Below, in pieces: positions 41,654-50,297 of a stretch of 64,000 nucleotides of DNA; position 1 is the first letter of the stretch, and each line of letters starts with the position of its first letter. The position numbers and the translations under genes are program-made. This DNA is from Oculatellaceae cyanobacterium bins.114 (GTDB taxonomy: Bacteria > Cyanobacteriota > Cyanobacteriia > Elainellales > Elainellaceae). The notes under the pieces were generated by a model. That model made no database searches and had not been told where the DNA came from. It worked only from the letters and a program-made list of their open reading frames with translations. The stretch covers positions 49,119-113,118 of the forward strand of contig JANRJA010000193.1 in the NCBI GenBank assembly GCA_033764315.1. The letters run 5' to 3'.

Positions 41654-42223
41654 ATGTTTGAGGGAAATCAGCCTTCGCTTAAAAAGAAGACGGGTATGAC
41701 AAGTGAGTCTTTTGAAGAAATGCTTACGGGAGGGCATCCAAACTCTCTGGGTAGAACACTTGAGGTGGTTGATATCGTGTTAGCTAATTCCACAAGACTA
41801 TCGGATTTATATAATTGTTATTTCAGTGCCGATGAAATTGTTCGACTTCGCACCTCTAATGCCATCAAGAGAATATCTTTAGAAAATCCTGAATGGCTTA
41901 TTCCATATATTGATAAACTGATTTCCGAAATATCAAATATTCATCAGCCTTCAGCACAGTGGACTTTAGCAAATTTATTTCAGACTCTTTCAGGCTTTAT
42001 GTCAGAGTCGCAAAGAAACAATTCAAAGAGGATTCTGCAAAAAAATCTTGAAACTTATACAGATTGGATTGTCTTAAACAATACAATGGACACTCTAAGT
42101 AAATGGGCGGAAAAGGACTCAACTTTGAAAGAGTGGTTATTGCCGCATCTGGAAAGATTAGCTCACGATCCCAGGAAATCAGTTTCAGGAAGAGCTAAGA
42201 AAATCAAGGCAAAGCTGATGTGA
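41654..42223 (+). CDS. Hypothetical HEAT/ARM-like helical protein, putative gene cassette (start 41654 or 41696)
   Basis: AT-rich, no HIP1; GGHPNSLG, WIVLN.TM.TL, D.RKSV..RA; followed by attC-like site. Confidence 0.7.
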   Translation: MFEGNQPSLKKKTGMTSESFEEMLTGGHPNSLGRTLEVVDIVLANSTRLSDLYNCYFSADEIVRLRTSNAIKRISLENPEWLIPYIDKLISEISNIHQPSAQWTLANLFQTLSGFMSESQRNNSKRILQKNLETYTDWIVLNNTMDTLSKWAEKDSTLKEWLLPHLERLAHDPRKSVSGRAKKIKAKLM

Positions 42224-42263
42224 GACTAAATCAGGGACTTTTGATGAAATCTTATTGTAATCT

Positions 42264-42351
42264 GCATAACAACCCCAATGCACATTGACCGCCGTAAGAT
42301 TATTTGTGAGGGTTTGAGGTTATTCGCAGTAAATGATGAGCATGATTATAC
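42264..42351 (+). other. Degenerate attC-like recombination site
   Basis: R'' GCATAAC 41 nt after stop; inner arms ATTGACCGC/GCAGTAAAT; R' decayed to ATTATAC; 88 bp. Confidence 0.5.
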
Positions 42352-42418
42352 AGCTTTGGCTATTAGTAGGACGTAAGCTAAAGTTCCTTTCAAATGTTTT
42401 GCTCTAGGCTGATATGCA

Positions 42419-42934
42419 ATGGTCGATGATGAGGTTTTTACAGTGCTGCAATTGAGTGAGGAGATAAATCAGAAATTAGAGGTAACAGCACCTCTAATAG
42501 TTTTTTTTGGAATGCTTACAAAAGAACAAATAGCAGTTCTGCCAGTACTAGAGGAGAGGCTTTATGACTTTCCAGAGGGAGACTGGATCACAAGTAATGC
42601 TCTTGAGGTTCTAGTGCATGCTTACAATGCCCGCTTAAATTCAATCTCAATCCGATTCACGACGCTCCAACACATGCAAGATGAGTTAGGCAACAAGAGC
42701 ATCAAAGATTTAGTCGATGAAAATTTAGTTGATCTTATTGAGCAGCTTGTGTCCATAACTCACAAAATTACGGAAGGGCCTTTCGAGATTATCGACAATG
42801 CAGATATTGTGAGAACTATTGAGTGGAAGAGCCTTCGTCAACTTTCCTCTGCTGTCCAACGGAAGTTAGAAATTCAGTTGACGGTCAATACAGAGATTGT
42901 GAAAAACTGTGTAGAACAATGGCTTCATCCTTAG
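42419..42934 (+). CDS. Hypothetical protein, putative gene cassette
   Basis: 171-aa AT-rich ORF between two attC-like sites. Confidence 0.65.
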   Translation: MVDDEVFTVLQLSEEINQKLEVTAPLIVFFGMLTKEQIAVLPVLEERLYDFPEGDWITSNALEVLVHAYNARLNSISIRFTTLQHMQDELGNKSIKDLVDENLVDLIEQLVSITHKITEGPFEIIDNADIVRTIEWKSLRQLSSAVQRKLEIQLTVNTEIVKNCVEQWLHP

Positions 42935-42945
42935 CAATTAATGCT

Positions 42946-43031
42946 GTATAACAATTCGGCTGGAGTGGATTGGTTATATTCTTAATGCAGACTTCAAGGT
43001 TGCTTACAACCGCTCAGCCGAAATGTTAGCT
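42946..43031 (+). other. attC-like integron recombination site
   Basis: GTATAAC-AATTC-GGCTG[G]AGTGG[A]TTG...CAACCGCTCAGCC-GAAAT-GTTAGCT; two unpaired bases in the left arm; 86 bp; 12 nt after stop. Confidence 0.78.
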
Positions 43032-43068
43032 TAGGAATATTGCTTGCTGTTCCCTGATGCAATTGCTC

Positions 43069-43097
43069 TTGCAGTCTTGGTATAACAAAGGTATAAC
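43069..43097 (+). promoter_or_regulatory. sigma70-like promoter/operator of the TA module
   Basis: TTGCAG-17bp-TATAAC overlapped by direct repeat GGTATAAC-AAA-GGTATAAC. Confidence 0.65.
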
Positions 43098-43128
43098 TTG
43101 AAGGATAGAACTTGCCTCCAAAATCATT

Positions 43129-43365
43129 ATGAAAACTGCAATTTCTCTTCCAGACTCGGTTTTTGATGAGGCAGAAGCACTCGCTCAACAACTAGGCTTG
43201 TCACGCAGTGAGCTTTATACAAAAGCGTTAAAAGCTTATTTGAAAAAGTACAACCGTAACCAAATTCTGCACAAGCTGAATCAAGTTTATTCTAAAGAGT
43301 CCTCTGAGCTAGATCCAGTCATGGTAAAGATGCAGTTTATGTCTCTACCTCATGAGGATTGGTAA
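43129..43365 (+). CDS. RHH antitoxin (ChpI/MazE-like)
   Basis: MKTAISLPD.VF..AE.LA..LG.SRSELY; stop overlaps toxin ATG (TAATG). Confidence 0.88.
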   Translation: MKTAISLPDSVFDEAEALAQQLGLSRSELYTKALKAYLKKYNRNQILHKLNQVYSKESSELDPVMVKMQFMSLPHEDW

Positions 43366-43472
43366 TGTATCGGGGAGCAATTTAGCGGGCAGATCTGCCC
43401 ATCCGGTAGGTTCAAAACTAGGGTATCGTCATCCTGTCTTGGTCATTCAAGATGATGTTTTTACTCAAAGCC
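43365..43472 (+). pseudogene. PemK/MazF toxin remnant
   Basis: Reconstructs to MYRGAI*RADLP-PVGSKLGYRHPVLVIQDDVFTQS (in-frame stop plus frameshift), cut by IS630. Confidence 0.82.
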
Positions 43473-43473
43473 A

Positions 43474-44598
43474 TAAGTAGGTGGGTGGGATTAATTGTAA
43501 GATAGAGCGTTAGCTAAATTCGCCTATTATGCCTGCTCCTTTACGCATTCTTTTGACCGCTGAAGAAGACCGTACTTTAACAGAACTGCGACTGGCTCAG
43601 AACCTTCCCCAGCGCACGCGTGACCGCGCCCACATGTTGCGACTGAACGCTCAGGGATGGAATGTGCCAGCGATTGCGGAGGTGTTCGAGTGTCATCCTC
43701 ATACGGTCAGAGCGACACTGCGACGGTGGGAAGAAAAGGGTTTAGGTGGACTATGGGAAGCTCCAGGACGGGGTGCAAAACCAAAGTGGCAAGCCTCAGA
43801 CTTGGATTATCTGACGGAGTGTTTAGAGCACGAAACTCGAACCTACAACAGTCTGCAATTAGCCAAAAAGCTGAAACAAGAGCGGTTAGTCGATTTGAGT
43901 AGTGACCGACTCCGCCGACTCCTTAAAAAAAACCTACCGCTGGAAACGGACTCGACATAGTCATCGTCGCAAACAGGACCCGGTGCAAAAGGCACGCAAG
44001 CAGGCAGACTTAGACACCTTAGAGCTAGCCGCACAGGAAGGGCAGATTGAACTCAAGTATCTCGATGAAGCAGGATTCTGCCTCTGGAGTCCAGTCAGTT
44101 ACAGCTATAGTCGAGTGGGAGTGCAGAAACGGATGGAACAAACCCTCAATCGCTATGGCAACCGGATTAGCATTTTGGGTGTGTGGCAACCGGGAGAACG
44201 GTTCGAGTATGCCTTGGCTCAAGGCGGATTCAAGAGCAAAAGCTACATCAAGGTGATGGATTGGATGGCAGACAAAGCCGCTCAAACCTTGGCAGAAACA
44301 GGGCGTATCACGGTAGTGGTGCAGGATAATGGCTCTCTGCATACCAGTCTGTTGGTGCAGCAACAGTGGTCACGGTGGCAGGAGCAAGGATTATTCATTT
44401 TCTTTTTGCCGCCCTACTGTTCGCAGATGAATCCGATTGAAACCCAGTGGCATCAACTAAAAAGTCATGAGATCGCAGGACAGATGTTTGATAACGAGTA
44501 CGATTTAGCAATTGCTGTCATGAATGGAATGGAAGCTCGTAGCCAAGCAGGTAGTTATGCACTGGAGCGTTTTATATTTAATTACACCTAGCTACTTA
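43474..44598 (+). mobile_element. IS630-family insertion sequence
   Basis: Imperfect TIRs TAAGTAGGTGGGTGGGATTAATT / (rc) TAAGTAGCTAGGTGTAATTAAAT with TA at both ends. Confidence 0.92.
43529..44591 (+). CDS. IS630 transposase, split in two frames at A8 (43925-43932)
   Basis: HTH ORF 43529-43960; DDE ORF to 44591 with LDEAGF, QDNGSLH, MNPIE. Confidence 0.9.
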
Positions 44599-44621
44599 CC
44601 CGTTTAATTTTGTTTAAATGA

Positions 44622-45029
44622 TTACGCTTGACTCGCTTTATAGGCTGCCCAGCCTCCCAAATGAGAGATGTCAACCCAGTTATATTTCTCGACTAACTCT
44701 TTGGGATATAACATTGCGATCGCCGTTGTGTCGTCTTCCAAAAGCACCTCACTGGGATACATATTGGGCGGTTCCGTAGACACCAAATAGTCATACTGCT
44801 CAGCTGAGAGTTCATATAACTCACCGGGAATGGAGATGCCGCCTTCATCCACTGCATAAATTGCGGGATGCCAGCCATCAGCCGCCGCATGTAAACGATA
44901 TAGCGGTTGGGTTTTTGCGGCTCGAATGAACGTCGCCGACTGGAGATTTTGATGGTCGGGCTGTCCCTGCAATGCAGACCCGCAGATAAATACTCGTGTG
45001 GTTGCCTCTGTTGATTGGCTCACAGTCAC
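44622..45029 (-). CDS. Allophanate-hydrolase C-terminal-like / gamma-glutamylcyclotransferase-fold protein
   Basis: FICGSAL.G, T.P.YRL, I.GELYE, DISHLGGWAAY. Confidence 0.8.
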   Translation of the reverse strand: MTVSQSTEATTRVFICGSALQGQPDHQNLQSATFIRAAKTQPLYRLHAAADGWHPAIYAVDEGGISIPGELYELSAEQYDYLVSTEPPNMYPSEVLLEDDTTAIAMLYPKELVEKYNWVDISHLGGWAAYKASQA

Positions 45030-45043
45030 TCCTCCATTAACAC

Positions 45044-45133
45044 AATTTTTCGCAAAACCGAATTTTTCGCAAAACCGTATCTTCGCAAACGGTTTTTACC
45101 ATTGCAGTACTATAGTTTGTATACAGCATACAA
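45044..45133. promoter_or_regulatory. Divergent promoter with 17-bp direct repeats and a palindrome
   Basis: AATTTTTCGCAAAACCG x2 plus a degenerate third; TTGTAT-N5-ATACAA at 45117-45133. Confidence 0.55.
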
Positions 45134-45157
45134 TATCTTACGGTTTCCATAAAGCAA

Positions 45158-46408
45158 ATGACTACGGCAGTACTTCCAAAACTCAGTGTGAATGGCGATC
45201 GCCTTAACGACAGCATCAATCGTTTAGCTGAGATTGGCAAGCAGCCCTCTGGCAGTATTTGCCGCCTTGCCTTTACCCCCGAAGATTTGCAGGCTCGCTA
45301 TTTTGTGCAGCAGTGGATGGTGGAGGCAGGCATGACCGTCCGTGTTGATGCCGCTGGCAACCTGATTGGCACCTATGCCGGAACTGAGGAGATAGCAGCA
45401 TTAGCAACGGGGTCTCACATTGATACGGTGCCCTCTGGGGGGCGGTTTGATGGCGTTTTGGGGGTGCTGGCTGGCATTGAGGTTGTCCGAACGCTGAAAG
45501 AGAACAATCTGCGACTCAAGCATCCGATTCAAGTGATTATTTTCACTGATGAAGAAAAAACCATGATTGGTTGTCAGGCGATCGCTGGAACAGCCCTACT
45601 GCAAACTCCAAACCAATATCAACCTGCGGTTGGCAACTCTATTCAAGCTTGTTTAAAAACGTTGGGAGGAAATTGGGACGCTTTAGCCAGTGCTCAGCGA
45701 TCGCGCTCAGAGATGGCAGCGTTTGTTGAATTGCATGTAGAACAAGGGGCAGTGCTAGAGCGATTGGGCACTGACATTGGGATTGTGCAGGGGGTCGTGG
45801 GGATGCACCGTAAAGCCATTACCATTCTTGGACAAGCCAACCATGCCGGAACAACACCGATGGATATGCGCCAGGATGCCTTGATCGCAGCAGCAAAAAT
45901 TGTCTTGGCTGTGCAAGAGATTGCCCGTCAGATGCCCAGTCAACCTGTTGCGACTGTGGGGTATTTAAACGTTTCCCCTAATGCCGTTAACATCGTGCCG
46001 GGACAAGTGGATTTGTCAGTGGATATGCGTGATTTATCCCACGAGTGTCTGATCGAGATGATGGCGCAATTGCAACACCAAATGGCGGCGATCGCGGTTG
46101 AAACCAATACTGCGATTCAAGTCACGCCCCTATTAGAAGTGGAACCTACCCTAGCCACACCCAAGATACAAACGGCGATCGAATCGGTCTGTCAGACCCT
46201 CGATTTAAGCTACTGCCATTTGCCCAGTCGGGCTGGACATGACGCAATGGAACTAGGACGCATTACCGATATGGGTATGATTTTTGTGCCCAGTCAATCA
46301 GGAGTGAGCCATTCTGAGGCAGAATATACCTCACCCGAACAATGCACCCAAGGCGCAAATGTCCTGCTGCATACCTTGCTAATGCTCGATCGGTTATATG
46401 AATGTTAG
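45158..46408 (+). CDS. M20 Zn-dependent allantoate / N-carbamoyl-amino-acid amidohydrolase
   Basis: GSHIDTV, DG.LGV, DEE, ELHVEQG, NHAGTTPM, AGHDA, SHS.AE. Confidence 0.92.
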   Translation: MTTAVLPKLSVNGDRLNDSINRLAEIGKQPSGSICRLAFTPEDLQARYFVQQWMVEAGMTVRVDAAGNLIGTYAGTEEIAALATGSHIDTVPSGGRFDGVLGVLAGIEVVRTLKENNLRLKHPIQVIIFTDEEKTMIGCQAIAGTALLQTPNQYQPAVGNSIQACLKTLGGNWDALASAQRSRSEMAAFVELHVEQGAVLERLGTDIGIVQGVVGMHRKAITILGQANHAGTTPMDMRQDALIAAAKIVLAVQEIARQMPSQPVATVGYLNVSPNAVNIVPGQVDLSVDMRDLSHECLIEMMAQLQHQMAAIAVETNTAIQVTPLLEVEPTLATPKIQTAIESVCQTLDLSYCHLPSRAGHDAMELGRITDMGMIFVPSQSGVSHSEAEYTSPEQCTQGANVLLHTLLMLDRLYEC

Positions 46409-46439
46409 GAGGTGAATGGGTGGATGGATAGATGCCCCC

Positions 46440-46576
46440 ATTATCATTCTGTACAGGCGCGATTAATCGCTTCATTTCCTACTCCCCATTTTGTACAGAC
46501 ACGATTAATCGCTTCATTCCCTATTCTCCATTCTGTACAGACGCGATTAATCGCGTCTCTTCATTTCCTACTCCCC
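46440..46576 (+). repeat. 3x about 42-bp tandem of a REP-like palindrome
   Basis: GTACAGACGCGATTAATCGC(GTCT) units; single copies at about 31889 and 54015. Confidence 0.85.
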
Positions 46577-46588
46577 AGACGATTAACC

Positions 46589-47518
46589 ATGACTTCTCTT
46601 TATCCCCGCGACATGATTGGCTATGGACAACACCCCCCCGACCCCCAGTGGGAGGGACAAGCCCGCGTTGCCGTGCAATTTGTGATCAACTATGAGGAAG
46701 GGGGCGAAACCTGCGTTTTGCACGGTGATCAAAGCTCTGAAGTATTTTTGTCAGAGATCGTGGGAGCCGTGCCCCTTCAGGGCTTGCGGCACATGAATAT
46801 GGAGTCTTGCTATGAATATGGCAGTCGTGCTGGGTTTTGGCGGTTACATCGGCTGTTTACGGAGCGGGACATTCCAGTCACGGTGTATGGTGTGGCGATG
46901 GCGTTAGAACGCAATCCAGAAGCGGTTGCTGCGATGCTTGCTGCCAATTGGGAGATTGCCAGTCATGGTTATCGCTGGATTGATTACAAGTACTTTGGGG
47001 AGGCCGCAGAACGCGACCACTTGCAACGGGCGATCGCCATTCACACGCAAGTCACGGGCAGCCGTCCTCTGGGTTGGTATACCGGGCGCACCAGTGCTTT
47101 TACTCGTCAGTTGGTGGTTGAAGAAGGCGGATTTCTCTATGACTCTGACAGCTATGCTGATGACCTGCCCTACTGGGTGCATGAGTATGGCAAACCCCAC
47201 TTGGTGATTCCCTATACGCTCGATAACAACGACATGCGGTTCGCTACTGCTCAGGGTTTTAACGCAGGTGATCAGTTTTTTGCCTATCTGCGCGATGCCT
47301 TTGATGTATTGTATGAGGAAGGAGAAACGGCTCCCAAAATGATGAGTGTCGGGTTGCACTGTCGCTTAGTCGGCAGACCAGGTCGAGCCGCTGCCCTGGC
47401 GCGATTTTTAGATTACATTCAACAGCGCGATCGCGTTTGGCTATGCCGTCGTATTGATATCGCTAAACATTGGCATGAGCATCACAAACCCAACTTTCCT
47501 GTTTCTGGTGCAACTTGA
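46589..47518 (+). CDS. puuE: Allantoinase PuuE (polysaccharide-deacetylase fold), ATG at 46589
   Basis: YPRD..GYG, NYEEGGE, YEYGSRAG, GWYTGR, YTLD.NDMRF, GLHCRL.GRPGR. Confidence 0.93.
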   Translation: MTSLYPRDMIGYGQHPPDPQWEGQARVAVQFVINYEEGGETCVLHGDQSSEVFLSEIVGAVPLQGLRHMNMESCYEYGSRAGFWRLHRLFTERDIPVTVYGVAMALERNPEAVAAMLAANWEIASHGYRWIDYKYFGEAAERDHLQRAIAIHTQVTGSRPLGWYTGRTSAFTRQLVVEEGGFLYDSDSYADDLPYWVHEYGKPHLVIPYTLDNNDMRFATAQGFNAGDQFFAYLRDAFDVLYEEGETAPKMMSVGLHCRLVGRPGRAAALARFLDYIQQRDRVWLCRRIDIAKHWHEHHKPNFPVSGAT

Positions 47519-47551
47519 TAGGATGAGAACATTCTTATCCTCAAGCTAGCT

Positions 47552-47764
47552 ATGGCTGAATATCAACAAATTGAGTATCGCATTGGCAAAGATGGCAAGG
47601 TGATTGAAACGGTTCTCAATGCGGATGGAACCCATTGCACCCTCGCCACCGCTAACTTGGAGGAGGCACTGGGGACGGTTGAATCACGAGAACTATTGCC
47701 TGAATATTATGAGTCAGAAGATGTTGAATTGACGGACGAAACTCAATCGCTGGCTCAATATTGA
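47552..47764 (+). CDS. DUF2997 family protein
   Basis: IEY.I..DG.V.E.V....G..C...T..LE..LG.V......EYY. Confidence 0.85.
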   Translation: MAEYQQIEYRIGKDGKVIETVLNADGTHCTLATANLEEALGTVESRELLPEYYESEDVELTDETQSLAQY

Positions 47765-47773
47765 GGGATTGCT

Positions 47774-48319
47774 GTGAGTGATTCTAGTTTGGTTTGGTTT
47801 GGCAGCGTTTTGAGTGTAGGCAGTGTGCTGTTTGTGTTGGGCATATTGGGTAAGTCAACCCGCCAAACCTCTTTAAAGCAAGCGTCGCCCCCCGTTGCTC
47901 CCCAATCTGACCTTGATCAAGTGCGATCGCTCCAACAACAGTGCTTGCAACTGCGACACGACCTGCAACAACAACAGACGCAACTCACCAGCGATTGGCA
48001 AGATGCAACCTTTGAGCAACTGCAATCTTTGCTCACCAGTTATCCTACGGCTCGTAAAATGGCAGAAACTAAACCCGACCTGCCTGCCAAAAATTTGGTA
48101 TCTCTCTTTACTCCGTTAGAGAACTTGCTGCAAACCTGGGAGATAGAGCCAATCGGCTCCCCGTGGGAAGCGGTGCCCTATGATCCGCATCTGCATCAAC
48201 CCGATACTGATGCGCTAGTTGCAGGTGAACCTGTTTATATTCGCTTTATCGGTTATCGGCAGGGCGATCGCATTCTGTGTCCTGCAAAAGTCAGTCGAAC
48301 GTTACCGGGAAGTAGTTAG
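47774..48319 (+). CDS. Membrane-anchored GrpE-like protein
   Basis: N-terminal TM, Gln-rich coiled coil, GrpE head-like YDPHLH...GY..GDRIL.PAKV. Confidence 0.78.
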   Translation: MSDSSLVWFGSVLSVGSVLFVLGILGKSTRQTSLKQASPPVAPQSDLDQVRSLQQQCLQLRHDLQQQQTQLTSDWQDATFEQLQSLLTSYPTARKMAETKPDLPAKNLVSLFTPLENLLQTWEIEPIGSPWEAVPYDPHLHQPDTDALVAGEPVYIRFIGYRQGDRILCPAKVSRTLPGSS

Positions 48320-48350
48320 TAGGGATTGGTTCCCTATCCTCTACCCAGGG

Positions 48351-48513
48351 CTACTGTGTACACAGATCTCGGGTTGAAAGTTTAAAACCTGGCTCGATCC
48401 CCAATCCTCTTTGACAAGAGGAACTTTGACTCCGCTCCCCGCTTTTTTAAGGAAGGTTGGAGAGGCTCAAACCCAGCACAGGCTAGATCAGAAGATTTGT
48501 GGGTACACCGTAG
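48351..48513. mobile_element. MITE with IS50-like ends and 10-bp target duplication (same family as 36349)
   Basis: CTACTGTGTACACAGATCTC...GTACACCGTAG; flanks CTACCCAGGG / CTACCCTGGG. Confidence 0.8.
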
Positions 48514-48559
48514 CTACCCTGGGGTGCAGGGTGTATAACGATTAACGACTAACCTCCTG

Positions 48560-48610
48560 TCTTCTTCATTTTTCATTTTTCATTCTTCATTCTTCATTTT
48601 TCATTCTTCC
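48560..48610 (+). repeat. STRR-type heptamer tract (TTCATTY)n
   Basis: ttcatttttcatttttcattcttcattcttcatttttcattc. Confidence 0.75.
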
Positions 48611-48638
48611 CTCTTCCCTTTGCCTTCATTTTTGCATC

Positions 48639-50213
48639 ATGACTGCGATCGCCATTGACTTCGGCACCAGCAATACAGTGGTGAGCTTATTGGAACCCGA
48701 CACTCAACTGCCCAAGACGCTGCGGTTTCCAGGAATCTCGCGGTTGTTTAAGTTGACTAATTCTAAGGGAGCGGTGCACGAGATTCCGGTGGTGCCATCG
48801 TTGGTGTTTGTCAAAGATGACCAGTGGATGTTTGGTGAACAGGTGCGATCGCAACGCTTGGGGTTGGCTCAGCCCGATCGCCTGTTTAAAGCCTTTAAAC
48901 GAGATTTAGCGGCTGATTTTCGACCTCCGCCTCGCTATCTCGACAACCAGACTTACACCGTTGAAACTGTTTCAGAACAGTTTTTGCAACATCTTTGGCA
49001 GCAGATCAATCAACAGGCGGTGACTCCTTCCCAGGTGATTTTTACTATTCCAGTGGGAGCCTTTGAACGCTATCTTGACTGGTTTCGCAGTGTAGCAGCG
49101 GCATTGGGCATTCCGGAGGTGCGCCTGGTCGATGAGTCTACAGCAGCCGCATTGGGATATGCCGTTCGACATCCAGGGTCGCTAGTCTTGGTGGTTGATT
49201 GTGGCGGAGGCACGTTGGATTTGAGCCTGGTTCGGACAGCTAGCCCAGGGACTCATGCAAAAGTACAGCGGGCAGAGGTGCTGGCAAAATCAGATGCCTA
49301 TGTGGGAGGCGAAGATATTGATCTGTGGATTGTGGAGGACTATTTAGGGCAGATCGGTTCCTCACGAGACGCGGTTGGGGCGGTGGGTTGGCAAAACCTG
49401 TTGGTGATCGCCGAACGACTTAAAATTCGACTGTCGAGTGCAGCGGAAGCCAAGGAAAGCTGGCTGGATGAAGAAACCTTCACGGCTTATGATATCAGTC
49501 TCAGCCGCGATCGCTTAGAAGACATTCTGGAGACACGACAGTTTTTAGAACAAATTCGACAAGCTTTAGATGAGGTGTTGGCGATCGCCTTGGGCAAAGG
49601 CATTTCTAAGGCAGAGATTGAGCAGGTGTTATTGGTTGGTGGCAGTTGCTTGATTCCGGCGGTGCAACAGTTAGTGCTCTCTTACTTTGGGCGACAACGG
49701 GTAAAATTTGATAAACCTTTTGAGGCGATCGCTCATGGTGCTCTGACATTGACCCAACTGACGGGCATTGATGACTACTTGCGGCACACCTATGCGATTC
49801 GTTTGTGGGAACCCTACACCCACACCTATTCTTATTTTCCGCTGTTTGATCGGGGGACTCGCTATCCCTGCCAACGTCCCGACCCGCTGACCTTGCAGGT
49901 TGCCATCCCCGGACAACGAGAGATTCGGTTAGATATTGGCGAAGTGGCAGACCTGACCCAGGCTGAAGTCAGCTATGACGCACACGGTAGGATGACGAGT
50001 AGCCGTTTGAACCGTCTGGAAAGCTATCGATCGCTTGAAAACAACCGAGAAGAGATTTGTATCGCGCATCTTGACCCTCCTGGGCAAACAGGGATCGATC
50101 GCCTCTCTGTGCAGTTTGAAGTCAACGAACAGCGGGTTTTGGTTGCCACCATTCGAGACTTATTGACCGATAAACTATTGATTGAAAAAGGGGCGATCGC
50201 CAAACTCCAGTAG
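48639..50213 (+). CDS. Divergent Hsp70/DnaK-family protein
   Basis: IDFGTSN, ESTAAALGY, DCGGGTLD, GG.DID, LVGGS; short atypical C-terminus. Confidence 0.9.
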   Translation: MTAIAIDFGTSNTVVSLLEPDTQLPKTLRFPGISRLFKLTNSKGAVHEIPVVPSLVFVKDDQWMFGEQVRSQRLGLAQPDRLFKAFKRDLAADFRPPPRYLDNQTYTVETVSEQFLQHLWQQINQQAVTPSQVIFTIPVGAFERYLDWFRSVAAALGIPEVRLVDESTAAALGYAVRHPGSLVLVVDCGGGTLDLSLVRTASPGTHAKVQRAEVLAKSDAYVGGEDIDLWIVEDYLGQIGSSRDAVGAVGWQNLLVIAERLKIRLSSAAEAKESWLDEETFTAYDISLSRDRLEDILETRQFLEQIRQALDEVLAIALGKGISKAEIEQVLLVGGSCLIPAVQQLVLSYFGRQRVKFDKPFEAIAHGALTLTQLTGIDDYLRHTYAIRLWEPYTHTYSYFPLFDRGTRYPCQRPDPLTLQVAIPGQREIRLDIGEVADLTQAEVSYDAHGRMTSSRLNRLESYRSLENNREEICIAHLDPPGQTGIDRLSVQFEVNEQRVLVATIRDLLTDKLLIEKGAIAKLQ

Positions 50214-50231
50214 AGGTTGAGCCGTAAACGC

Positions 50232-50269
50232 TCAAAACCCCTCTCTGAGCTAAAAGAGAGGGGTTTTGA
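50232..50269. terminator. Bidirectional terminator between Hsp70 and glnN
   Basis: TCAAAACCCCTCTCT-8nt-AGAGAGGGGTTTTGA. Confidence 0.85.
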
Positions 50270-50297
50270 ATGAGAGCAGATCAGCCGAGCACAAAGG

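Noticed and set aside
39791-44620. Integron integrase next to the attC-like sites
   Set aside because: No tyrosine-recombinase ORF (R-H-R-Y motifs) in the ORF track, so only an integrase-less array is claimed
46440-46576. Mini-CRISPR (palindromic repeat x3)
   Set aside because: Intervening sequences are similar to each other and too short; the core also occurs as dispersed single copies
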